From NCBI RefSeq assembly GCF_040938485.1, contig NW_027271431.1, forward strand, positions 2,418,001 to 2,482,000: a stretch of 64,000 nt of DNA. Direction: 5' to 3'. This DNA is from Diadema antillarum. Its lineage: Eukaryota. Positions 50,560 through 63,000 of this stretch are shown here, piece after piece. A program made the translations under genes and the position numbers. Positions within the stretch are counted from its first letter, which is position 1; every line of letters begins with the position of its first letter. Under the pieces are notes generated by a model. That model saw nothing but the letters and a program-made list of their open reading frames with translations. It had not been told where the DNA came from and ran no database searches.

Positions 50560-51030
50560 TTGTGGAGTGCATAGTCGCTGTAGTTTAGACACACGTACAC
50601 TGCTACTGCACTATGATAGCACTGCCGCATGATCGTGAACGCAGTGACTGCACACCCTCCGGCCTCCTACACTTGTCTCACCGCGCTCTTCAGCCTGTAG
50701 AAAATCGATTGCTTCTCTGAAAAAGTAACGGGTATTGAAACTTCAAACGATATCGCCTGCAAAATACAGCGCTTCTTCTACCTATTTTGTAGTCGGTGGG
50801 GTAAGTGTAATCACCTTCTTTGTGGTCCTTGACCTTGTTTGGAGAATCGCATCTCTTTAGTTTTGGCTCGCACTTACCGAGGCCGATAGAGTTGTAACCG
50901 GGAGCGGCTAGCTGTAACCCGACACGAACGGAAAGGGTCGCCAATGCTGCATTTTCTAACAATACTCGTTGGTTGTTGTTTTTTTTATGTGGCTAACGCT
51001 GAACAGAATGATTTGTGAGTGAGGTCCGGA
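50560..51030. promoter_or_regulatory. Putative bidirectional promoter / first non-coding exons of the two PGAP2-like genes
   Basis: CpG-enriched patch between the divergent genes, with strong donors on both strands: minus gtgaga at 50681, plus gtaagt at 50801, minus gtaagt at 50877. Confidence 0.45.
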
Positions 51031-51655
51031 TGCATCACTCTTTAAAAATTACATTCAACATTTTATTGCCAAACACTGTAAATTTAATATTACAGTACTA
51101 AGTAAGTAATAGTGCATGTACTCAGCAACCCAAGCATTGGCTTTATTGATCTGTTAGTGCGCCTTATAGCAATTAAAAATCAAAGTTGCAAACTTCTTTA
51201 AGATAAAGGGTTGTGGAATGATTTGTTGAACAAGGAACAGCATGAACAGCTTTTAAGTAGAGAAGACATTTTGAAATCTAGCCATGGATGAACAGAGGTG
51301 GTGGTTCTTCGGATATTTATGCCTTATATGGTTGGAGTTACTGTCGGTGTGATGCAAACATCAGTTTATCAGACGTGGAAAAAGCAGTCGATCATATTTG
51401 ATATGATAGGTGCTGGTAGGGCCTCTCTTATGCTGCAATTCTTGCTGCAATCCATCAGCAGATTTTCTCTCGGCCTACACGTAATTTGTGGAGTACTTCA
51501 CAGAAAAGCTCTTTCATCAATGATTAGTACAAAATACTGGTAGTGTGGATTTACCACTAACCAGTAATTCATTTCTTAGATTTTGAGTTTATGGTACTCA
51601 ACTTCCATGCTCATAAACACACAGACATTTTTAATACACAGACACTCACACAAGA

Positions 51656-52080
51656 TTATTACCTCCGCCAAGGAGGCACTTGTTTTTGTCAACATTTGTT
51701 TGTCTGTTTGTCTGTTTTCAAGATGACTCAAAAAAAAGTTTTGAACGGATTTAAATGAAACTCATAGCGAAAATTCATAATGACACAAGGAACTGATGTT
51801 GAATGTTGGTAGTTTTTGTGAATTTTTGGAGGATTTTTTTTTCTTTTGGCAAATAAGGTCAATGAACTTGGGAGTTAAAGCTGCCCATATTTGAGGTTTG
51901 CATATGTGCCCCAAAGCATATGTTCTGTACAAGGCATCACACAGCAGAAAGCCGATGAAGTAAACACAAGGCTTCTTTATCATTGAAAAACTGGGCAATT
52001 TTCAGCATGCTTGTATGGATGGATATTAATTACCTGCTTGGCAGAGGTCTGCACTTTCTGAGTGCTTTCCTACAAAACAG
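51656..52080 (+). mobile_element. Helentron-associated non-autonomous element (HINE / DINE-1-like), copy 1
   Basis: TTATT + subTIR ACCTCCGCCAAG (51661-51672), adjacent GGAGG inverted repeat, (GTTT/GTCT)n, subTIR CTTGGCAGAGGT (52037-52048), 3' hairpin GCACT-ttctg-AGTGC. Confidence 0.8.
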
Positions 52081-52594
52081 TTACCCCCGCCAAGGGAGGA
52101 GGTTATGTTTTCGTTACTGTTGGTTTGTTTGTTCCTTAGTTTGTTGTCCGTGTGCAAAATAACTCAAAAAGTAGTTAACAGATTGGGATGAAACTTGCAG
52201 GAAAGGTTGAGAATGACACAAGTATAACAAATGATTAACTTTTGGTAGTGATCTAAGAATTTTTGGGTGAATTTATGATGGATTTTTGAATTTGATATTT
52301 TGGCAGGTAGGGTCAATGAACTTGGGAGTTCAGGCTGCGCGTATTTGAGGTTTGCATGCGCACACTAAAGTGCATGCTCTAGTTTCCGCTTGGGTGAGGC
52401 GCGCCGTGCAGCTGAGGGTTTATGAGGTAACAAAGGCTTCTATATCGGGAAATCGGGGGGACTTTCAGCACACAGTGCTATGTAAGTATGTATAGGTGGA
52501 AATCACTGATATTTCTATGGAAGAACAAGATCAGTGGTGGAAATGAGCTGCATGCTTGGCGGAGGTCTGCGCTCTCAGATCAAGTGCTGTAGTT
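52081..52594 (+). mobile_element. HINE / DINE-1-like element, copy 2, in direct tandem with copy 1
   Basis: SubTIR ACCCCCGCCAAG (52083-52094) and CTTGGCGGAGGT (52555-52566); 3' hairpin; ends tagtt; shares the internal ggtcaatgaacttgggagtt block with copy 1. Confidence 0.8.
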
Positions 52595-53388
52595 ACGGTG
52601 CATTACCATAATTTATGTCTCAAGTTGCTTGCTTGATGGTAAATGCTGTCTGATTATGTACCAATGTATCAATCCTTATGCAGGTTCAGGATGTGAGACA
52701 GGATTTGTGGGTCATGGACATAGAATAGGCCATGTTTCTTGCTATTGTATTGTTCCTTTTGTCGAAATGCCAGACAAAAAAAAAAGAGAGTATATTTGCA
52801 GGGTTTGCATGAATCATGGAGATGCTGATCTGCATATCATACACTTATCCAGTTACCATTTCTGTCTCATCAGCTACAATGTCTGACATATTTTAAAGTT
52901 AGGATGATATTTTGTGCGGATGTCACCTTATAAGAATCCTAATTACCCATCCTGTGTTACTTTACCAATGTTGGTCATTGTGTAATAGCATGGCAGTAAA
53001 ACCAATAATTGCATTCATGAAGTTTTCTAAGGTCATGTCACTAAGAGAGAGAAGAAAAAAAATTCTATGCTGTTAATATTTTATTATGTTTATAACTTGT
53101 GTTTATAAATGCAGTAACTTGATGTTAATACCAATCATTTAATCACCTTCATTCAATCTTGTTACATAACATCATATTGCTGAAGGGAAAAAAAATCAAA
53201 TATAATCTTTACTTGTAATACAGTTTCTTCCATTGAAAGAATGAATGCTTGTGTAATGAAGCATATGTTATTATAGCATTTATGATTATGTTATTTTCTA
53301 AACATTGACAGGTAATGGAACCTTCTGCTGTTGGTAACTTGACAAACCAGAGGTAACATTCACTGAAAACTTGAAGATCTAATTGTCC

Positions 53389-56300
53389 ATGATGGATATC
53401 GGGGGTCGGTTTTCGAGCAACGGGGTGGTGGTGACCTTCCGTTCTGCTTCCCTTGTGACATCAGCCATTATGCTGGTAGGGTTCCTGATGAGTGTTGTCT
53501 GTGCAGTCGTCTTTAATTTCAAGTCAACCACATCAACACACTGTGGGGTGAGTTATGCTTCAAGTATCGACTAATAGAGATCTGTAGATTCACTGATTCT
53601 TGGTATCTGAAGGCACACCTTCAATGTGACTGAAAAAGAAATAATAAGTTCAGAGCGGAAATTTTATCTTTGAATCTTCCAACTGCAAGTCATACTTAGT
53701 AAGAGTCCTACCATGTGTATTTGGATAAAATCATGTTTCGGACAGTCTGAAAATCAATCTTGATAAAAGCAAAAATAACTATGTTCATGGAACATACCCA
53801 ATACTTTTTTAAAGTATTTCAAAAGAATGGACTTGTACCTTATGTACACTGTATCTCTTTTTGCACTTGTACAATAATCTGTTCTGATAATTTTTAAAAG
53901 CATTTCATACAGCATCAATCTTTTTGGGAGAACTGCTTGAATTATACACTGTACATGTAGATATTAACGTACACAATGTATACTAGTAGTTGAAGGATGA
54001 GGAAAATCTTAGTCATTATCATTTTGCCTTTCATGGTGTTGGCATGGATAATTATTACATACATTGTGTGTGTTGTTTTTGTGTGTGTGTTTATCAGCAG
54101 TGAAACTCCCTCTATGTATCCCGTTACAGGAAAAAGACGCATCTTGTATATTATTTATCTATTCATGATTGCCAATATGAAAATTGTATGATATTGCATT
54201 TCAGGATAAGTGGGTGATATCTAACTACAGGATTATGGATGACATGTATCGAGACTTGCATTTTAGGCAATTATATGTGTTTATGTACATGTATTGAAAG
54301 ACAGATATTAATGAAAAAAAATTACCATTATTACTTGTTTTTATCCCCACTTGTTATGTAGGTGGACAACTACCTGCCTTCAATCAGTGCAGCCATTGCA
54401 AAGCCCCCGTCATCATACATCTGGCGCCTCTCAATCACCTTGTGTGCCTCCCAGCGCCTTTTCACCATTGTCTGTCACTATGCCATGTACACCTCCATAC
54501 CACTTAACCGGCGCCAGTACCACTGGCTGATCAACCTCAGCACCGCCTTTGAGCTCATTGAAAACTTGGCTCTCATCGGACTGACTTGTGTCTCATCAGT
54601 CGAAAATCATCGTAAGTTGATTTGGGGGATGAGGGTTTGAGAATGCCCTTCAGGCACATTATGTTTTGACTGTATAGCTGCGCAACTCCTTTCCTTTCCT
54701 CCACCACAAAGAAAGTCATGAAAAAAACCATTTAGAGTGTTCAGACACACAGAAAAATTATTCCAAAATGCCATGGCCATACAAAAATGGTATGGTTATA
54801 TGATGGATTTATATGTCTGAATGCTGACTAACATAACGTTGTATAACGAATCATGTAATGAAACGTAGTACAACAAAGCAAGGGTCAGAGCATTGTTTCG
54901 AACTAGAACTCGATGACAATCACCTTTCCATGTGTCTTAATGTACATGTATGCTGACCATAGAACAGTATAACTGGATGGGGCTCAACTCGAGCTCGCAT
55001 GAGGGGTGACCCGACTTGCTCGTCAAAAGTCAAAATTGTGCATGCTCCATGGGTGATTATGATGATGATGATGACGTAACCATGGTGACGATCATGTCTT
55101 TTGCAGATATCCATGAGATTTGCTTTGTGGTGTTCCAGGCCAGTTCCATGCTCTTCATGCTAGTGATGTGCATGGTTCATAACCTTGCCCTCAATCAAGG
55201 CACCGCCCCGACTAGAACGGTAAGATCTCGCCGTACAGACATAAAAGTTCGCATTCTTGATGTGTTAGTATATCATTGTATTGGTCAAAGAAAACCGTGT
55301 TGCAAAATTCAGTATCCTAATGTAAAGGTGCCATTATTTCAGCTGCTCCCTTTTTATTTGATAGAAAGTGTGTACATCCAATTCATCTGCACTTTTTGTA
55401 AATACTTTTCACAAATGTATGGAGTAACATGCATACTTATCTGCACTTTCAATTTTGATCCTCTCAGTTTAGAAAGTGATAAAGTAAGATTTTGAAGGTT
55501 TTAAGATTGATTAATTTTTGTTGTTGTTGTAGTTGGTTTTTTTTTTTTTTTGTTTCAATGTACCGTGAACTCTGAAACAAATAATCTTATGCTCTTTCCT
55601 GTCTTTTTCAATTCTTTGCTGGCACATGTTTTATCCATGGGAAGGAATACCGATCGTTTATGAGGCAGGTGTCATTTTTTGTCACCAATATTGTCGCCTT
55701 CACCTCAGCCTTGTACTTCTTCTATCGACATAACCGGTACTGTGAGCCTGGAGGTGAGACTAATCACTTGATCAAAATAATAAGAACAGCAATGATTGTT
55801 TGGAACTGATCCTACCAAATTCTGATGTCTTAGTTTATGGCAACAAACTTCATAATGTAATCCTATTTTTTATTTTCCAGCCATGTTACTGGCACATCTC
55901 CCAAGAAAGGGACTTACTGTGAAACAAGTTTCATCATCATTGCATGTTTATGAGTCGAGTAAGCGGAGCGTTGTAGAATAACAATTTTATCCGGTTTTGC
56001 TGCAGTATGTTGATGTTACATTGCCAGGAAGAAATATTGAGTGTTCTTTTCATGAATATCTTTGACACTAAATAATAGGATGGAATGTACTTCAACACTT
56101 TCATGTCTTTGCCCTGATTCACAGATATGGAACTGTTCAGAGCATGGACAGAATTTGATGCTGCAATACTGTAAAAGTGGAAATTTGCACATGGTTGAAA
56201 TTGCTGTGAATTTTGTGCAACCTGAAAGTAGCATGAAAAACCAGCATACAAATATGTTTTGCTTGCTAAAGGGATACCATTTTATCTGTGAGTTCAAGGA

Positions 56301-57051
56301 AAGCATGTTGTGGTAGTATTGTGGTAATCATGGAGCTACTAGCTCCATGTTGTAATGTTGTATGTTGTTTTCTACATGTTCACTAGTCCTGTGGCAGACA
56401 TGAATATGCCATCATAAAGTGGACCAGTTACATTTTACTGTTGTATACTGCAGCCAAAGCCTTTAACTGCCGTGCCAACAGTGAGCTGTTTGAAGTGTTC
56501 ATGTTGTCATGACTGTCTGCAAAATTGAAATTATGCAAAATTTATCTTCCCCCACCAGGCAAAAAAAAGAAGAATTACTAACACGAAATTTCTGCTCTTT
56601 TTCTGTTTTCCATACTACATTCCGTCACTTCTTAGATGAATGATAATGAATATTTTATTCTCTGTATGTACAACTTAAAGGACCTGCAGCATGGTAATAT
56701 AAAGTGAAAAATTATTATTGAATCTTTGTAATCTGAATGCTGCACATAACATTACATGGAAGGTCCAAGAATGCCTAGTGGAACACAGGAAACATCTCGT
56801 AGGACTGTGCAGACACATGGTGAAAAAAAAAAATGGCTCTGCTTTGATTTATTATATGGTCAATAGTGATGACTTTAATCATGTCTGTGGCTTGTTATGC
56901 TTTGCGCTCTTCCTTTTTTTCAGTGTACACCATCTTTGCTTTCCTGGAGTATGTGGTTGTCCTTAGCAACATCGGCTTCCACTTCTTGGTGACCAGCAAC
57001 TTTGGTGACAGAGTCATCAAATTTGGCGTCTGGGAAAGAGTGCAATTTTGA
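53389..57051 (+). CDS. PGAP2: PGAP2-like paralogue B, 252 aa; exons 53389-53547, 54362-54611, 55107-55219, 55645-55753, 56924-57051
   Basis: GT-AG, phase-consistent (159+250+113+109+128 = 759 nt). STTSTHCG^VDNYLPSISAAI, YIWR, ENLALIGLTCVSS, IHE.CF, YFFYRHNRYCEPG^VYTIFAFLEYVVVLSNIGFH. Confidence 0.93.
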
Positions 57052-59904
57052 CCGGGTAAGATTGATGCAAATGCTTGTTTTTCCTGTTATTATTATTTGT
57101 TCAGCATTTTTGTCGAATGATAATTTATTAATATTTATAATCATTTGTTGCGATTTGAAAATGTGGACAGAGCTTAGTCATTTTTCTATGAGAGTTAAAG
57201 ACAGTGGCTGTATGAAGTGAAAAATCAATGGCAAAGCAGAATACAAGAGTACTATTTGGAAGAAGTTAAATACAAGAAGAAAAAAGAAATCGAATGCCAT
57301 TTTTATCATATAAAAAACTAGGTGTTGAAAAGTGAAGGAGTTTTGACAAATAAAAATAGAAATGAAATGCAGAAAAATTTTTGTGGAATGATAGACATTT
57401 GTTGGTATTGCTTATGGGTGGGGATTAAAACACACTGTAATATAAGTGTTCCACTTGTGAAATCCTAGTAGAATGCAACATCATAGTGTACTATGGTTAT
57501 GATTTAATGGTACACATTTTGTAGCACATGAATACAATGTTTCCAAACTTCTTTTTTTTTGCATTATTGCTGCCATTATCACATGCATGGGAAGGATCAC
57601 ACCCACACACATTTTTCTTTTTTTCAACTGTAAATAAATGCAGAGTTTGAGCTGTTTTTACTCAAGATACTTTCAACTTTCAAACAGTAAAATTCCCCTG
57701 CTCTATCTCCCTTCTCATCGGTGCTCTTGTTACATACTGCAGGTAAGACTAGCCTGTCTCTTATCTCAAGATACTTCCAGAGTCAATTCTCCGGTCACCA
57801 CCATGATTGCCTTCATTCAGCACAACACAGTGTCGACACTTCATCATTACAAAACCCAGGGCAGCTGATATCACCTTGAGGTGACATATCGAGTTTGTTT
57901 GCTGATACCAAAGGATATGTGACCGTGCACCTCAAAACGAACATAAAGTCGCACACACTGCGTGAGGACTGAAAATAAGTGAAATGGGTCAACCTAGCCG
58001 AACTTGACTTTTTCATATTTTCTGAAAGAGCCAGTCTTCTTCTACATCATGGAAAAATTTGAGATCATAAAACGGGCAGGAAAGGGTGTTTTTGTAGCAG
58101 TTTATCTCGAACATTTTTGGTAGAATAGTGTGATTAGGTGTGTCTTTAGAATCCCTTTTTCATTTCTGAAAAACTTTGTCCACACTCTTCACTTTCAACT
58201 CTAATAACTTTTGAAAGGATAGTCCTACTGCTTTGAAAGTTGGCATTAATTATGGAAAGAATGTGTTAATGAGGCATGCTTAATTTCACTTTAATCTAAT
58301 AATCCCTTCATTGTTGTTACTCTGGTAGTTTACTTCCTGTTTTTTGTCCCATTCATCGCACAGCCAGCACAGTTTGGTCAAGATTAAGCGCTTGAATAGA
58401 CACTGTACTTCAGAGCCTCTTTTCTCAGTTCACACTTATCCTGAGTTTGTGCTTTCTTTCCAATATTTAGATAGGTTAGGAGAGTCCATTTGATTTGAGT
58501 TATACATCATTTTAAAGCTTAAAGTCTGCTCTTTCAGAATATGGTCTTAACTAAAAATTCATGTCTGGCGACTTTTTGTTTGTTTTGAGGTGCAGAGTCA
58601 CATATTTTGTCAACTGCTTCTCATCTATGTTTCCTCCCCCCACCCCGACCCCCAAAAAGAAAGAATGAGAGACCCTTCTAAAGGAATAGAAATATGAGAG
58701 CTGTAAGAGATGATATTTTATGCCACTCTCTTCTCCAGAAGCTGCATTCGCTCTCTTTTATGTGATGCAATATACTCATGAGTGACGTGATACAGAAGAT
58801 GTGGCTTAGTGCATGCATGCATGCAGCAATGCAAGTTTCCAGATGACCGTAGACTGTTCTGGTATTCTCCTGATCGGACATCCGGGTATTTAGTGGCGGC
58901 TGGAGTGATAATAAACCAGATCAGTGCACGATCGGCGTACTTTCATACTTGTGTACTTCAATTCAGTTCAATTTATGTAAAACCAGAAGCCAAACATATA
59001 TCTGGGATTACATTATAGATGAAATTATATACTTTTCTTCCATAATTGGCTTTGAAATTCCATGAAACTGTCAGCAGTGGTCCATGGTAACATTTCTGAT
59101 AGCCACAGGAAATATCATTGATAAATTCTGTATAGGAATGGTGGATCGCGGATTCTAAATGCCGACGCCTTGTCATGTGTATCACCACTTAACCCTGCAT
59201 GCACCTGGCTGCATGCACAGCATTTTCACAACGATTCTCACTCCAGCTCGGCACATGTACTGTACAGGCGAGCTGTTTGGTTTTCACTCCAGTTATACCG
59301 GATGTGACGTATACTTGTTCATGAGAATTATGGTTGAGGTTAATCATGTATGCCTGGTGAATTTGAATGTCAGGTAATTTAGGTGTCAGAGGTTGTAGAA
59401 GGAATAAAAAGATGTGTGCAAAAGAAAATGTACATTTCATTAAAATCTGATTTAGTGTTTATGGTTGTAGTTCCCTATATTAGACGCATTGGTGGTGGTT
59501 TGCCCTGCTGGGCATACTAACGACTTGCAAAACGGTTGTTTTGCAATGACCAAATATCTCTGGGAACACTTAGTTTGATGAGACTACTCTATGATGCAGG
59601 TGTACAGCATAGCATTTTGAATGCCCTATCCTGCCAATAAAAAGGACAATCGCTGTTATTTTCTTGCTGCATCAGTGATTTTTTTTTTCAATGATAATGA
59701 ACATGATGAGATTTTTTTTAAGATGAGCTCACAGAGCAATAGCGATAATGTGATATTGTAAAATCGCCATGCAACCATAAAACTGAGGTAGAATCATCGA
59801 CATTTCACTGAGTTGTGAATCCATTACATTGGCCCTGTGTTTTCTCAGTCTTTGCACTTGTCTGTCTGTGACACAATTCTCAGATTTCTTGAACATTTTG
59901 GATC

Positions 59905-60097
59905 CGTCTTATATCGTTCTACGCATGTGACATCACAAGCTATGGTAGTCTTCTCATCCAGCAGTAACTGAGCAGAAACTTCAAAAATTCCTAACTTTTG
60001 AACGGATGGTCCAATTTTCCTCAAACTCTCACTGATGTGTTCTAATAGTATTGCTGCATTCACTCAATCCACACGTCTATGAAGGTAGACTTGTCCT
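59905..60097. mobile_element. Right arm of a Kolobok-like MITE
   Basis: Ends ...cactcaatccacac...gacttgtcct followed by TTAA at 60098-60101; homologous to 891-1200 and 45425-45985. Confidence 0.7.
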
Positions 60098-63000
60098 TTA
60101 AGAGGTACTGAAAATTATGATACATGTTATGAATAATTTGTGTGCATGAGTTTTGATGCTAGGGGGAAGTAAATTTTGAGGAATACGAGGTCTGGGATGT
60201 TTAGGTGATGAGCTTAACAGACGTCAAGCTCATATCAAACCCTTCCATGAAAACAGGAACGGGTTCTTGAAGTCAGTTTTTACGTTCATTGCTTGCACAA
60301 ACAATTGCAACAATTAAAGCTTGCATTATCGCAATTATATCTGTAAGTCACTATCATGCACAGAATTGTCGATGATAACAATTTCTCAACAAAGATATCA
60401 TTTGAGTATTGAAATTATTAACTTTTAGGATTGATCGAACTATCTTCTTCAATCTTATGTCAGTAGTCATGATATGATAAGGTCCATTTTTAAAAGGATT
60501 TCTGTGAATGGTTGCTGCCCAGCAAAACTGCCTAAGGCTTGCAGGCTTGAAAGATCACCCAAAATTATGATGGCATCATATGAAATACCTTTTAAAACTC
60601 TTTCAAATTATGTCATGAACAAAAATTCTATTTGGGGGCAAAATTTCATACTAGAACCCTTTTGCCAGGCAGGCTAGGGAATGTAGCCCAAATCATGTTT
60701 TCCATGAGTCAGTTTCTGTAGAATATTGTTCCCATTCATTTCAGTACTTGAAGCATGTCACTTTTCAAAGAAGATACATTCATCCTTTCATCATGTAGTT
60801 CTATGAAGCTCAGAAAAATTGGGGTCAGCTAAACCAAAGATTGGGAAGAAGTTTTATAACTTTAATGTTTAGGTATGCAGAGGGCTGCACAATGTTTTTA
60901 GGGGCAGCTTATATTTCATTGCATAGATTTTAGTTCGGTATCGACAAATGCCTTTCCTAAACTACAGCTTGTCATTCTCTCTCTGTCTTGCCAAGTTGGG
61001 AGGTATGATGTCAGAAATTTTGTTTGCCCTCATTTTTTTTCTCTTGCCTCAATTCACTTGCCCCAAGCTGCAGGGAACAATAAGCCTCTGGCCCTGAAAA
61101 CGTGACATAGAATAGCCTGATAGAAAGTGATAGATGAATACTAGTACTCTTGTAAACTTTCACATTTTTATGGTTAAGAAGAGATGAGAGTGAGCACCAG
61201 AATGGTGAATTTTTGTCCACACTTATCATCTGTGTCATGAACTTTGTAATCAGATTCTTGCCCAGTCTACAATTATTTGGCTGCTACTTTGCAGAGTGCT
61301 TCAAAAATTGAATCTTTCCTATTATTTCCTGATTGAACAAGTCGGTAAAAAAAAAAATAGTTACTCAAATCGAAGTCACTTGCCCCACTCCCCCCCCCCC
61401 CAAAAAAAAAAGAAGCCTGATTTTAATAACATCAAACTCTACTTACTGCAGTCATCATAAGCTGTCCCTGCAGTGTTGATACATTTATTACTCCCCATTG
61501 CTTTGTTTTGTCAATCTGTGAAGTTTTTTTTTCTTCATATTTGAAGCAGGTTTATATGAAACAGAGTTTGTCAAGTAGGGCATGTGTTTCAATATTTTAC
61601 CAGCCCAATATCAGAACTTGAGTGTCCTTTCATACAGGCAGATTTATTGAACATTGCAGCAAGCAGTGACCAGCAGTAATTATGAGGTTCATGATATACT
61701 ACAAATTTATATCTATTGAGTGCAGTTGCATAATGGCTATTTGAGTTTATGTGTGTGTTTTGTTTTGTTGTATTTTATTTTGCCGATATCATTCAAAGAT
61801 CTTCATAATGCAGATATACATGCCTGTATCTATCCCGATAAACACTGTTTGTACCATGAATACTCTGAGTAGAGCTCAATGGTCGTCCTCTCTCACACAG
61901 CTATCATGAAGAAATTTTTATGTCATGTCAGTGGTGGTTATAGATAAAGTTCCCAAAATTTGTGTTGATTTCCATGACACAAGCCTGTATGGGTCCCATC
62001 ACAAGATGGCCTCCTTTACCTCTTACAGCTTTGGAGATCACACTCTCACCACGCACTGATTGCAAGGTATGATGGTTAAGGACAGTATCAATGTAACCAG
62101 CAGGTCAAGGGTCAAATCTGCTGCTTGTAGGTAGTTTGTTGTGGTACAAAATGCTGTTGGGTTATTCATCTCCTATGTAGAAGTCTTATTCTTGTAATTG
62201 TTGATTATTTCATTCTGAATGGGAAGCTATTTTTGTACCCAAAGCAAGAGATATATAATTATTTTCAAAGACATTGTCTTAGTTATTTTGATATATTTTC
62301 AAAAATTCATTTGTACATGTATTGTATACACCATGTATCTTAAATAGGGGGTCTAATTTTTTGCAAATCGGGACTTCTTGATAATTATGCGAGATTGTGG
62401 AGTACAGTACTGGTCAGAGAAATGTGTGCATACACGTCATATTCATCTCGGGATCAGAGTTAGTATTTTTGCATGTTTTTAAGTTTGTGAATAGCACCAA
62501 CTCGTGAAATTGGCAAAAATAAAAACCTTGCAAAATATGTGGCTTGAACAATACTTGATATGCCTGTATATGAGAAAGAAAAATTTAAGTTGATAGACTG
62601 TACCTCAGGTTGTTTTGGAATGTTCACAGACGTGGCTATGTGACATGTAAAGATGTGATTTTATGATTGATAGATCTGTCATATGATCTATTGTAATGTA
62701 TATGGGTATCAAGAGAAAACTTAGCCTTCAGAAATACATATTTTGGAACTCTAACTTGTATTTGATGGTGAGTTGACATCACCAACAGCTTTATCTGTAA
62801 CAATTCTAAGTGATGCAGTAATTGTCAAAGTAATTCAAAATATCAACAACAAACAAACCATGAACTGAACAAAATTATACAATATATGTTACTATGTTTG
62901 TGCAACGTAATATTAATTTTACTCAGTGTGTTGATTTTATTTCCTGATATTTGTGACCGTGTCCATGTATCGAAAAAAAAGTGTAGTGGTCAAAGCAAAT

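Noticed and set aside
58780-59440. GC-richer patch with several 70-80 aa ORFs and a donor-like site near 59373
   Set aside because: No consistent exon chain or protein motif; may be 3' UTR or repeat.
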